This document shows positions 26,552 to 35,741 of a DNA stretch of 64,000 nt, piece after piece. Below the pieces are notes generated by a model. The model saw only the letters and a list, made by a program, of their open reading frames with translations, did not search any database and was not told the origin of the DNA. The stretch is from contig JBFMGU010000006.1 of NCBI GenBank assembly GCA_040752415.1, positions 7,779 through 71,778 of the forward strand, read 5' to 3'. The position numbers were made by a program, and so were the translations under genes. This DNA is from Myxococcota bacterium (lineage in GTDB: Bacteria; Myxococcota; JACRCW01). Numbering within the stretch: position 1 is the stretch's first letter; every line of letters begins with the position of its first letter.

Positions 26552-27155
26552 CCTGCGCGGGCGTCACCAGGATGTTCCCGCTCCGGTAGCGCCGCGCGTG
26601 GTGCGGGACGCCGCCGGGCACGTCGACGAAACAGATGGGCTGGGAGCGGTTCTGCCGGTCCACCACCTCGAAGTGCAGGTGCGGCTCCCACGACCAGCCC
26701 GTGTTGCCCGAGAGCGCGAGCACCTCCCCCTGCTTCACCGCGCGGCCCACGCGCACGCGCGCGCTGTGCGGAGCCAGGTGCTGGTACACCGAGAAGCGTC
26801 CGGTCCCGTGGCGCACCACCACGACGTTGGCGCGCTCCGCCAGCCGACGGTCCGGACCGCCCTGCGTGTGATGATCCGTCACGCGCACCACCACCCCGTC
26901 GGCGGCGGCGGTGACCGGGCTGCCCGGCGGCATGCGGAAATCCCAGGCGTACAGGTCATCATCCAGGTGGCTGAACGCGCCGCGGTTGGCCTGCATCACC
27001 TGGTGCTCCACGCCGGCCGGGAAGGGGAGTCGCCAGGGCACGTCGTCATGCGCGCAGTGACCCTGGCGCCACGGCGCATCCATCCGTGCCGCGGGATGGG
27101 AGCGGCATCCCAGCAGCGTCACCATGAGCAGCACCACCCGCGGACCCACGCGCAT
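26526..27155 (-). CDS. M23 family metallopeptidase lipoprotein
   Basis: Starting at ATG 27155 gives MRVGPRVVLLMVTLLGC, a lipobox. The HxxxD (HLDDD..YAWD) and HxH (EPHLHFEV) LytM-type motifs are present. It overlaps the convergent hydrolase gene by 26 bp. Confidence 0.8.
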   Translation of the reverse strand: MRVGPRVVLLMVTLLGCRSHPAARMDAPWRQGHCAHDDVPWRLPFPAGVEHQVMQANRGAFSHLDDDLYAWDFRMPPGSPVTAAADGVVVRVTDHHTQGGPDRRLAERANVVVVRHGTGRFSVYQHLAPHSARVRVGRAVKQGEVLALSGNTGWSWEPHLHFEVVDRQNRSQPICFVDVPGGVPHHARRYRSGNILVTPAQVTPRPALP

Positions 27156-27280
27156 GGCCCTGCTGTAGCGGGCCGCCCCGTTCCCGACGACAGCGACGTT
27201 CGTGCCCACCGTTGTCGACGGGGAACGGGCCACTTGCTCCGCCCGCCTCCGGGGTTATCCCCTCGGTGGCGAGGTGGGTC

Positions 27281-27469
27281 ATGACGCAGCGCAAGAAGCA
27301 GGCGCAGCCCAAGCACCGCGAGCCGGGCCGCACGCCGGACACGGCGGGGGCGGTGCCCGCGCGCGAGGGACAGATCGTCTTCCAGGAGCCGGGCCGCACC
27401 CCGGGCAGCGCGGAGGGTGACCGCGACACGGTGGAGGAAGACCTCCGCAGCAAGGGCCTGGACCACTGA
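27281..27469 (+). CDS. small hypothetical protein (62 aa) with an EPGRTP internal repeat
   Basis: ATG 27281. Nearly every codon ends in G/C, consistent with genuine coding in this genome. No signal peptide. Confidence 0.4.
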   Translation: MTQRKKQAQPKHREPGRTPDTAGAVPAREGQIVFQEPGRTPGSAEGDRDTVEEDLRSKGLDH

Positions 27470-27590
27470 AGTCCGTCGTCACGCCCCACGGAATGGTGGA
27501 TCCGCGCACGCCCACGCAACCGGCTGGCCGTCATGAACCCCGACGTTAGACTGCTTCACAACGGCGAGGGGTCGTTATCACGCGTGACCG

Positions 27591-27803
27591 GTGACGCGCT
27601 CCTTCATGGGACTCGTGCGGACCGCCGTGATGCGCAAGGAGCTGATCATGTTGGAGATGGCTCGCGGGCAGGATGAGCAGCGGAGACCACCGGCGGGTGC
27701 GCTTTCTTCCGAGGAGGATGACCTGGAGGAGCGCCTGGAGAGGTTGGAGCTGCTCCTGGCCTTCAAGGAAGAGTACGGCGGCGACGGCGACGACCAGTGC
27801 TGA
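27591..27803 (+). CDS. small hypothetical acidic protein (70 aa)
   Basis: The GC3 bias is moderate. The product is acidic (EEDDLEERLERLELLLAFKEEYGGDGDDQC). A hairpin with a T-tract follows 28 bp after its stop. Confidence 0.35.
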   Translation: MTRSFMGLVRTAVMRKELIMLEMARGQDEQRRPPAGALSSEEDDLEERLERLELLLAFKEEYGGDGDDQC

Positions 27804-27830
27804 GCTTGGAGCGATGATGTCGCCCTGCTC

Positions 27831-27870
27831 GGGTCGCGTTCTCCTTCGGGGGAGCGCGACCCTTTTCTTT
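27831..27870 (+). terminator. rho-independent terminator-like hairpin (8-bp GC stem gggtcgcg/cgcgaccc followed by ttttcttt)
   Basis: Read directly from the sequence. It sits between small ORF 27591..27803 and gpmA. Confidence 0.55.
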
Positions 27871-27926
27871 ACCCACCGTGACGGTGGTGCTGCGGCGCGC
27901 GGGACGTTCCGCTATGGTGCGCGGCC

Positions 27927-28670
27927 ATGAAAAAGCTCGTCCTCATCCGTCACGGTCAGAGTCTGTGGAACAAGGAAAACCGCTTCACCGGCTGGGTGGA
28001 TGTCCCGCTCAGCGACGTGGGCATGGAAGAGGCCCGCGCCGCGGCCAAGCTGCTGAAGGAGGGCGGCTACCAGTTCGACGTGGCCTACACCTCGGTCCTC
28101 AAGCGCGCCATCAAGACGCTCTGGGTGGTGCTGGAGGAGACCGACCACATGTGGATCCCCGTCCACCGCTCCTGGCGTCTCAACGAGCGCATGTACGGCG
28201 CGCTCCAGGGCCTCAACAAGACCGAGACCGCCAAGAAGTACGGCGAGGAGCAGGTGCACATCTGGCGACGCAGCTTCGACACGCCGCCGCCGCCGCTCAC
28301 CCAGGATGACGAGCGCTGGCCGGGCCGGGACCGTCGCTACGCTTCGCTCAAGCCCGAGGAGCTCCCGCTCACCGAGAGCCTGAAGAGCACCATTGCGCGC
28401 TTCCTGCCGTACTGGGAGACGGAGATTGCCCCGGCCATCCGGCGCAACCAGCGCGTGCTCATTGCGGCGCACGGCAACTCCCTGCGCGCGCTCATCAAGC
28501 ACCTGGACAAGGTGGGTGACCAGGAGATCGTCGAGCTGAACGTGCCCACCGGCATCCCGCTGGTCTACGAGCTCAACGACGACCTCACCCCCATCCGCCA
28601 CTACTACCTGGGCGACCCCGAGGCCGCGGCGCGGGCGGCGGAGGCGGTGGCCAAGCAGGGCAAGGCCTAG
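27927..28670 (+). CDS. gpmA: 2,3-bisphosphoglycerate-dependent phosphoglycerate mutase
   Basis: [29 protein letters not shown] has the RHG catalytic His motif. ...[12 protein letters not shown] is also present. Length is 247 aa. Confidence 0.95.
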   Translation: MKKLVLIRHGQSLWNKENRFTGWVDVPLSDVGMEEARAAAKLLKEGGYQFDVAYTSVLKRAIKTLWVVLEETDHMWIPVHRSWRLNERMYGALQGLNKTETAKKYGEEQVHIWRRSFDTPPPPLTQDDERWPGRDRRYASLKPEELPLTESLKSTIARFLPYWETEIAPAIRRNQRVLIAAHGNSLRALIKHLDKVGDQEIVELNVPTGIPLVYELNDDLTPIRHYYLGDPEAAARAAEAVAKQGKA

Positions 28671-28772
28671 GACATCCGCAGCGTCGGGAAGATCGCGTGA
28701 CGTGCGCGGGTGACGACGCACGGTCATGCCACATGCTCCGCCTTCCGCTACCTCGGCAGACGGAGGCCCGAC

Positions 28773-29453
28773 GTGAACCACACCCTGTCGGCGCACGCCC
28801 CGGCCAGCCCCGGGGAGGAGCACACGCTCTCGCTGTGGACGGAGCGGGGTGAGGTGGTGGTGCGTTTCCACCCGTCACGCGGCGCGCGCGCGGCGGTGCT
28901 GATGGTGGGCGGCGTGGGCGGGGATTGGGACACGCCGGCGCATGACCTCTACCCACGCCTCTGCCAGGAGCTCCCCGCGGAGGGCATGGCCGCGCTGCGC
29001 GTGCGCTTCCGTCACGCCACGGACCTGCGGGAGGCGGTGTACGACGTGCTGGCCGCGCTGCGTTTCCTCGACGAGCAGGGCATCGAGCGCGTGGTGCTGC
29101 TGGGCCACTCCTTTGGCGGCGCGGTGATCATCCAGGCGGCGGAGTCCAGCCCGGAGGTCACCGCGGTGATCACCCTGGCCACGCAGAGCTACGGCACCAA
29201 CGCGGTGAGCGAGCTGGGCCCGGAGTGCGCCGCGCTGCTCATCCACGGACTGGAAGACCACGTGCTGCCGTTCTGGAGCAGTGAGCACGTCTACGAGATG
29301 GCGCGTGAGCCGCGGAAGCTGGTGTTCTTCCCCGGCAACGGACACACGCTGCAGGAGAGCGCGGACGCGGTGCATCACCTGGTGCACCAGTGGGTGATCC
29401 ACTACGGGCGACCGCGCGACGAACAGGAGCTCGCGCCACCGCCGCCGCCGTGA
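28773..29453 (+). CDS. alpha/beta hydrolase (dienelactone-hydrolase-like)
   Basis: GTG 28773 is preceded by GGAGG. The nucleophile elbow is GHSFGG, and IHGLEDHV...GNGH is present. The table ORF begins earlier at 28710. Confidence 0.8.
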   Translation: MNHTLSAHAPASPGEEHTLSLWTERGEVVVRFHPSRGARAAVLMVGGVGGDWDTPAHDLYPRLCQELPAEGMAALRVRFRHATDLREAVYDVLAALRFLDEQGIERVVLLGHSFGGAVIIQAAESSPEVTAVITLATQSYGTNAVSELGPECAALLIHGLEDHVLPFWSSEHVYEMAREPRKLVFFPGNGHTLQESADAVHHLVHQWVIHYGRPRDEQELAPPPPP

Positions 29454-29469
29454 CGTCGGAGATGGACCG

Positions 29470-29799
29470 TCACTCCAGCACCGCGTCGGAGGGCAGCAGC
29501 AGGTACGGCTCCGCCAGAGGTGCATCCCCGGGCGCACGCCGCAAGCGCAGTCCCCAGGAGCCGCCACGCACCAGCACGCAGCTCCCCGCCCCGGAATCCT
29601 CGACGGTGGCGGCGCGCGCAACACACGGCGCGTCATCCTCATCCACACCCTCGACGAGCCAGAGCCGCGCCTCCTCCCGCCCCGGTGTCCAGTGCACCCG
29701 CGTGACCGTGCGATCCTCCGAGATGGCGGCGTAACGCATGCAGCAGTCCTCCGGAATCGCGTCGTGCGCTTCCACCATGACTTCAACGTAACGGGGCAT
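29470..29799 (-). CDS. hypothetical protein
   Basis: Starting at ATG 29799 gives MPRYVEVMVEAHDAIPEDCCMRY.... Moderate GC3 bias and no recognisable motif. Confidence 0.35.
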   Translation of the reverse strand: MPRYVEVMVEAHDAIPEDCCMRYAAISEDRTVTRVHWTPGREEARLWLVEGVDEDDAPCVARAATVEDSGAGSCVLVRGGSWGLRLRRAPGDAPLAEPYLLLPSDAVLE

Positions 29800-29847
29800 G
29801 GACCACGCAGCTCCTCTCACCGCCGGCGGACGGTGCCGCCATCCTAG

Positions 29848-30795
29848 CTACGCCGCGTCGACGTCCCAACTGCGCCGTTGCGGAAGCGGCTCCGCGGGCT
29901 CCCCGCCCGGTTCCGCTCGCGCTGACGCCGGTTGCCGCGGCCCCGCGCGCGCCAACCACCACCGGCGAACATCCCGGACCAGGCGCGGCGCGAAATGTCG
30001 ATGCGGATCGTTCGCGCGGAAGGACAGCAGCGTGTGCACGCCCTCCTCCACGGCGCGCTTCACGCGGTTGCGCAGCTCACAACACGCCGCGCCGTCGTGG
30101 CTCCGGCCCGCGAACTCCCTGGTGGTGATGGGCTCGCCAAACCGGAAGTACAGACGCTCCGGCCGGGGCACCGGCGTTGGCCCCACGCCCCGCACCAACG
30201 GGAGCAACACCTCACGTCGCACGCCGCTCATGGCCAGCAGGGGCCCCAGCGGGGAGTTGAACATGTCGTCGGCGTCGTAGAGGACGGTCAGCGCGTCGTC
30301 GATGCCCACCGCGGAGAACGGGATGATGGTGCAACGGTGCCGGATGGCCAGGCGCGCGAAACCGGTGCGGTCCTTCCAGAACAGCGCGTAGCGCTCACCC
30401 TTGCGCTTGGCCACCTCGCGGCCGCCGCCGGGGAACACCAGGATGCACTCGCCCTGCTGCATCAGCTGCGCGCAGTTCTGCCGGGTCCCGTCGACCACGC
30501 CGTAGAGCGACATCATCTCGCGCCACAGCGGGAGCTGGAAATGCACGTGGTCGCCGAGGGAGCGCAGGAAGATGCCCTGTCTCCAGTACAGCTCCGCGAT
30601 CATCAGCGGGATGTCCCACAGCCCATAGAGCGTGTGGTTTCCCACGAAGAGCAGCGGCCGCTCCGACGGGACGTTCTCCAGCCCCAGGAACACCGGGTCC
30701 AGCAGCCGACGCCACGGCTCGAGCATGCGGAAACCCCGCTCCACCCACGGCCGCGGGTCTCCACCCAGAAGCTTGGGAAGCACAGGTGACCTCAT
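29848..30795 (-). CDS. lysophospholipid/glycerol-phosphate acyltransferase family protein
   Basis: Starting at ATG 30795 gives MRSPVLPKLL.... The H(X)4D-like block is FVGNHTLYGLWD, and FPGGGRE is present. The upstream 52 codons of the table ORF were rejected. Confidence 0.75.
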   Translation of the reverse strand: MRSPVLPKLLGGDPRPWVERGFRMLEPWRRLLDPVFLGLENVPSERPLLFVGNHTLYGLWDIPLMIAELYWRQGIFLRSLGDHVHFQLPLWREMMSLYGVVDGTRQNCAQLMQQGECILVFPGGGREVAKRKGERYALFWKDRTGFARLAIRHRCTIIPFSAVGIDDALTVLYDADDMFNSPLGPLLAMSGVRREVLLPLVRGVGPTPVPRPERLYFRFGEPITTREFAGRSHDGAACCELRNRVKRAVEEGVHTLLSFRANDPHRHFAPRLVRDVRRWWLARAGPRQPASARAEPGGEPAEPLPQRRSWDVDAA

Positions 30796-30980
30796 CTGCC
30801 GCGCAGTGTGACGACGGACCGCCCGCTCCGCCACGGAAGCCCGACCGTTCACGCTTTCCGTGACGTCGTGAATTGCCGCCGCGCGGTGGAGCCCGCTGCG
30901 CCGAGTCCGCGCTCCTCCGGGAACGCCAGCACACATCCTGCGGTTAGGCATGGTGCCAATCCCACGGAGAGTCGCCCCGA

Positions 30981-32228
30981 ATGATCGCTGTGAGCCGGAA
31001 GAAGAAGAGACCGGTCCGCCCGTCCATCGTCGTGGTGGGCGGGGCGGGAGCCATGGGACGCATCACGGTGCGCGACCTGGTGGAAACCCTGCCCCCGGAC
31101 CTGGACGTGGTGGTGGCCGATCACAACGCCGCCGCGGCACGCAAGCTGGCGACGAGCCACCGGCCCCAGCGGTCCGTCCGCGCCGCCGGTGTCGACGTGG
31201 AGGACCCGCGCTCCACCGCGCGCATGCTCTCCCGGGAGAACGCGCTGGCGGTCATTGGTGCCATTCCGCACCAGCTGAATCTCCCGTTGATGCAGGCGGC
31301 CCTCGACGCTGGCGTGCACTACTGCGACCTGGGCGGCCTGTTCCATCACACGCGCCAGCAGCTCAAGCTCCACGCGCGCTTCGAGAAGAAGGGACTCCTG
31401 GCCCTGGTGGGAATGGGCGCGGCCCCCGGCGTGGTCAACGTGCTGGCGCGCTGGGCCGCCGACGAGATGGAGGAGGTGCACGAGATCCACGTTGCCGTGG
31501 GAACCGTGGACCGCAGCCCGGAACGCAACACCGCGCCCCTGGCCGCCAGCTATTCCATCCAGACCATCCTCGACGAGGCCAACCTGCCCGCGGCGGTCTT
31601 CACCGGCGGCGACTGGGAGTTCATCGAGCCGATGAGTGGCGAGGTGGAGGTGGACTTCGGGCCGCCGGTGGGGAAGCGACGACCGGCGTGCACGCTGCAC
31701 TCCGAGGTGGCCACGCTGCCACTGAGCTACCGGCACAAGGGCGTGCAGGAGGTGAGCTTCCGCATCGCGTTCCAGCCGGAGCTCGTCGAGAAACTGCGCT
31801 TCCTGCGCGCGCTGGGCATCTCCTCCAGCGTGCCCATCACGGTGGGACGCGGTCGGAAGGCCCGGAAGGTGGTTCCGCGTGACGTGCTGGAGACGCTGCT
31901 GGCCCGCGTTCGTCCCGCGCGCACCACCGGTGTTCCCGACGAGTACGAGGTGCTGCGCGCGGTGGTGCGCGGCATGCGCGCGGGTCGCGCGGCGGAGGAC
32001 GTGCTGGAGTGCCACTGCCCGGGCATCCCGGAGTGGGGCTTTGGTGTCGACGTGGACACCGGGTGCCCGCCCTCCATTGCCATGCAGCTGCTGCTCAAGG
32101 GCGTCATCACCGCGCGCGGTGTCCTGCCGCCGGAGCAGGCCGTGCCGTGTGACGCGTTCTTCCGGGAGTTGGGGAAGCGCGGCATGCGCGTCCAACGGAT
32201 CCAACGTGCTGCCATCGCGGCGGCTTGA
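30981..32228 (+). CDS. saccharopine dehydrogenase NADP-binding domain oxidoreductase
   Basis: The Rossmann motif is SIVVVGGAGAMGRITVRDL. Length is ~415 aa with the typical Sacchrp_dh layout. Confidence 0.8.
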   Translation: MIAVSRKKKRPVRPSIVVVGGAGAMGRITVRDLVETLPPDLDVVVADHNAAAARKLATSHRPQRSVRAAGVDVEDPRSTARMLSRENALAVIGAIPHQLNLPLMQAALDAGVHYCDLGGLFHHTRQQLKLHARFEKKGLLALVGMGAAPGVVNVLARWAADEMEEVHEIHVAVGTVDRSPERNTAPLAASYSIQTILDEANLPAAVFTGGDWEFIEPMSGEVEVDFGPPVGKRRPACTLHSEVATLPLSYRHKGVQEVSFRIAFQPELVEKLRFLRALGISSSVPITVGRGRKARKVVPRDVLETLLARVRPARTTGVPDEYEVLRAVVRGMRAGRAAEDVLECHCPGIPEWGFGVDVDTGCPPSIAMQLLLKGVITARGVLPPEQAVPCDAFFRELGKRGMRVQRIQRAAIAAA

Positions 32229-32237
32229 GGGAGGATG

Positions 32238-33705
32238 CATGTCCCAGAGACACAAGATGTGGATTGGCGGGGAATGGGTGGACGCACGCAACGGTGCCAC
32301 GCGCGACGTCATCAATCCCGCCGACGGCAGCGTGCTGGCGCGGGTTCCCGAAGCGGGGACCGAAGAAGTGGCGCGCGCGGTCCAGGCGGCGCGTGAGGCG
32401 TTTGATCACGGTCCGTGGGGCAAGAGCATGCACCGTGACCGCGGACAGATCCTCTTCAAGGTGGCCGAGGGCATCCGCGCCCGCGCGCGCGAGCTGGCGG
32501 AGCTGGATACGCGCAACATGGGCAAGCCCGTCGTGGAGGCGGAGTTCGACGTTACCGACGCGGCCCACTGCTTCGAGTACTACGCGGGCATGGCGAGCAA
32601 GATCCACGGCATGACGCTGCCCGTGCCGGACAACGCGCTCTCCCTCACCGTGCGCGAGCCGGTGGGCGTGGTGGGGCAGATCATTCCGTGGAACTACCCG
32701 CTGCTCATGGCGGCGTGGAAGCTGGCACCCGCGTTGGCGGCGGGCTGCACCGCGGTGCTCAAACCGGCCGAGCAGTCACCGTTGTCGGCGCTGGTCCTGG
32801 CGGAGATCCTCGACGAGGCGGGAGTTCCGCCCGGCGTGGTGAACGTGGTCACCGGGGACGGACCGGTGGCGGGCGCCGCGCTGGTGGCGGACCCGCGCGT
32901 GGACAAGATCGCGTTCACCGGCGGCGTCGAGGCGGGACGCACCGTGGTGAAGCGCGCGGCGGACACCATGAAGCGCACCACCATGGAGCTCGGCGGGAAG
33001 AACCCGAACATCGTGTTTGCCGACGCGGACCACGTGGCGGCGGTGGATGGTGCGCTGTTCGGCGCGTTCGCGAACCAGGGCGAGGTGTGCTCGGCGGGGT
33101 CGCGGCTGCTCGTCGAGAGGACGATCTATCCGCAGATGGTGCACGCGCTGCGCGAGAAGGTGAAGGCCGTGCGCCTAGGCAACCCGCTGGACCGCGAGAC
33201 GAAGATGGGACCGCTGGTGACGTCGGAACACCGGGACCGCGTGCTGCGCTACATCGAGATTGGCAAGAAGGAGGGCAAGCTCTTGTGCGGGGGAAGCGCG
33301 GCCATGAGCGCGGAGCTGCGCCACGGGTTCTACGTGGAGCCCACCATCTTCGTCGACGTGGAGCCCAGGGCGCGGATTGCGCAGGAGGAGATCTTCGGGC
33401 CGGTGCTGGCGGTGATTCCGTTCGACACCGAGGACGACGCGGTGCGGATTGCCAATGACACGCCGTACGGTCTGGCCGGCGCGGTGTGGACGCGCGACGT
33501 GTTCAAGGGACTGCGCGTGCTGCGGCAGATTCGCGCGGGGATCCTGTGGCTCAACACGTACCACCCCACGTACAACGAGGCGCCCTGGGGCGGTTACAAG
33601 CAGTCGGGTTTCGGGCGTGAGCTCGGGGTGTGGGGCATCGAGAACTACCTCGAGACCAAGCAGATCAACGTGAATCTCAACGAGGCGCCCATCGGCTGGT
33701 ATTGA
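32238..33705 (+). CDS. NAD(P)-dependent aldehyde dehydrogenase
   Basis: It has the catalytic block ELGGKNP, and the catalytic Cys lies in GEVCSAGSR. The C-terminus is GGYKQSGFGRE. ATG 32238 follows GAGGGAGG. Confidence 0.95.
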
Positions 33706-33726
33706 GGCGTGGGTGGCGGGTTGGGG

Positions 33727-34013
33727 TTGGTGGCACGTTGGCCCCCCACCCGGCCGCCAGCCGATCACTGAGTTCACGACGTGGCGGCCGACCTCCCCCA
33801 CGGTGTGGGGAGGCGTAGATGTGCCGCCTCGCTGGAACGGTGCGCGCATTGGGCGGCACGGGCTCAATGAGGCCTTGTGCCGCGCTTGGCTCAATGAACA
33901 ACCCCGACGCGGCACATCTACGCCTCCCCACACCGTGGGGGAGGTCGGCCGCCTCGTCGTGAACTCGGTGAAATCGGTTGGCGGCCGGGTGGGGGGGCCA
34001 ACTCGCCACCAAC
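33727..34013. repeat. large inverted repeat. The ~105-bp arms are ~93% identical and the loop is ~75 bp. It fills the gap between two convergent genes
   Basis: Arm 1 (33727-33830) is ggttggtggcacgttggccccccacccggccgcc...gtggggaggcgtagatgtgccgc, and the reverse complement of 33905-34013 matches it. The loop holds a short direct repeat (gctcaatga). Its sequence is unrelated to the 14920..15371 palindrome. Confidence 0.8.
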
Positions 34014-34022
34014 CCCACCGGG

Positions 34023-35534
34023 TCACGGCCGGGTCGCGGTGACCTCGCGCTTCCGCGTCGACAACTCCCGCGCAATCGTATCCGCCGCGGCCATGGCGCT
34101 GCGCGCCGCACCGTCGGAGTGACCACTCCAGGTGTAATCCCCGACGAGCCACGTCCCCAGCTCGGGCTCCCGCAACCGCTGGTGCTTCTCGTCCATCGGC
34201 GACCGACCCGGCGGCCACACCGCAATGGAACCCGGGTGATACGTGTACGCCGTCGTCGTCACCACGTGGCGCGAAAACCCCGGCCACAGCCGGTCCATGG
34301 CCGCAAGCATCTCCTTCACCTTGTGGTCGCGCGGCGCCATGTGGAACGCGCTGGCATTCACTCCGTGCACCAGGAAGGAGAACACCTCGTTCGCCTCGTC
34401 CTCCGGACTCTCGCTCTGCGCGCCGTAGATGACGCCCAGCACGCCGTCGGTCAGGTAGGGGAACGGGTCCTGCCCATCCACGTACGTAAGCTTGCGGTGC
34501 TCCTTGCTCACCACCATGTGCACCACGGTGTACTGCCCGCGCATCAACGTGCTCACCGCCTCCCATTTCGCCGACGACAGCGAAGGCTCGAAGTGGATCT
34601 GGTGCAACCGCCAGAACGGCACCGCCACCACCACGCGCTCCGCCGCCACCACGTGCTGCGTTTCCTCAACGCCCTGCCGCAGGAACGTGACCCGCGCCCT
34701 GTCCCCTTCGCGGTCAATGCGACTCACCAGCGCGGAGGTCAGCGCGTTCGGGCCCGCTTCCTTCGCCAGCGCCTCGATGAGCCGGGAGTTCCCGCCCTTC
34801 ACCTTGTAGTTGGGCTCGCCCTCCCCGAGGAACACGCCAAACTCCAGCAGCCCCACGAGCCCCGAGAAGAGCTCCCAGCTCGTCGCCAGCTCGCACTCGA
34901 CGGTGAGGCGGATCCAATCCTCCACGCGCTTGCCCATCTTGAAGCCGCGCACCCACGTCGCAAAGGAGACGTCCTGCAGCGCCCGGACCTCCGACGCCGC
35001 GAGCCCCCGGGAGAGCGCCACGCCGCGCAGGGCCCGCGCATCCTCCATCCACCACCGGAGCACGCGCGCGTTCTTCACGCCCAGCAAGCTGTGGAAATAC
35101 TCCTCGGTGGTGTCCTGCACGTACGGATACAGCTTCCCGTCCAAGACCATGCTGGAGAACGGCGCTTCCACGTCGCCATCCAGCTCCACGCCCAGGTCGC
35201 GAATCACCTCGAGCAGCGGGTTGTCACCCCAGATCTCCTGCAGTCCGTATTCCGCACGGAGACCGTGACCGTAGTGGGCGGTCTGGACCCGCCCGCCAAA
35301 CTGCTCGCTGGCCTCCAGCAACAGGAACGAGACGCCGCGCTTTTTCAGCTCATGCGCCGTCACCAGGCCCGCCAGGCCGCCGCCCACGATGACCACGGGA
35401 GCTTCCGTCGGCACCGGGCCCGCGTGCGCGTCAGGCGCGGACTGCGCGTGCGCCTCCGGCTTCCGGCACGACGTGACGGCGAGCAGGATGAACAACACGA
35501 ATGGGAGGGTGGGACGCGCGGTGATGGGACCCAT
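34023..35534 (-). CDS. flavin-containing amine oxidase lipoprotein
   Basis: Starting at ATG 35534 gives MGPITARPTLPFVLFILLAVTSC, a lipobox. The FAD dinucleotide fold is VVIVGGGLAGLVTAHELKKRG. The C-terminal amine-oxidase region has DYTWSGHS.GA. The upstream 85 codons of the table ORF were rejected. Confidence 0.85.
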   Translation of the reverse strand: MGPITARPTLPFVLFILLAVTSCRKPEAHAQSAPDAHAGPVPTEAPVVIVGGGLAGLVTAHELKKRGVSFLLLEASEQFGGRVQTAHYGHGLRAEYGLQEIWGDNPLLEVIRDLGVELDGDVEAPFSSMVLDGKLYPYVQDTTEEYFHSLLGVKNARVLRWWMEDARALRGVALSRGLAASEVRALQDVSFATWVRGFKMGKRVEDWIRLTVECELATSWELFSGLVGLLEFGVFLGEGEPNYKVKGGNSRLIEALAKEAGPNALTSALVSRIDREGDRARVTFLRQGVEETQHVVAAERVVVAVPFWRLHQIHFEPSLSSAKWEAVSTLMRGQYTVVHMVVSKEHRKLTYVDGQDPFPYLTDGVLGVIYGAQSESPEDEANEVFSFLVHGVNASAFHMAPRDHKVKEMLAAMDRLWPGFSRHVVTTTAYTYHPGSIAVWPPGRSPMDEKHQRLREPELGTWLVGDYTWSGHSDGAARSAMAAADTIARELSTRKREVTATRP

Positions 35535-35570
35535 CGTCGTCGTTAAACCAACGCCAACGGAGCTTTCTTC

Positions 35571-35741
35571 ATGATCGACGACGCACTGGCCCTCGCGCGC
35601 AACGAGGAGCTGCGGCACCGCATTGCCCGGATCTCGAGCTATCCCGACACCACCTTCGGCACCATGACGCGCGCGGAGATGGCGTGGATGTCGGTGGTGT
35701 TCATCATCCTTCCCGCGCTGCTGGTGTGGAGCTTCCAATGA
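35571..35741 (+). CDS. small membrane protein (56 aa) translationally coupled to the NCS1 permease
   Basis: ATG 35571. The C-terminal TM helix is MAWMSVVFIILPALLVWSF. Its TGA overlaps the permease ATG (ATGA at 35738-35741). It is below the 60-aa cut-off of the ORF table. Confidence 0.45.
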   Translation: MIDDALALARNEELRHRIARISSYPDTTFGTMTRAEMAWMSVVFIILPALLVWSFQ

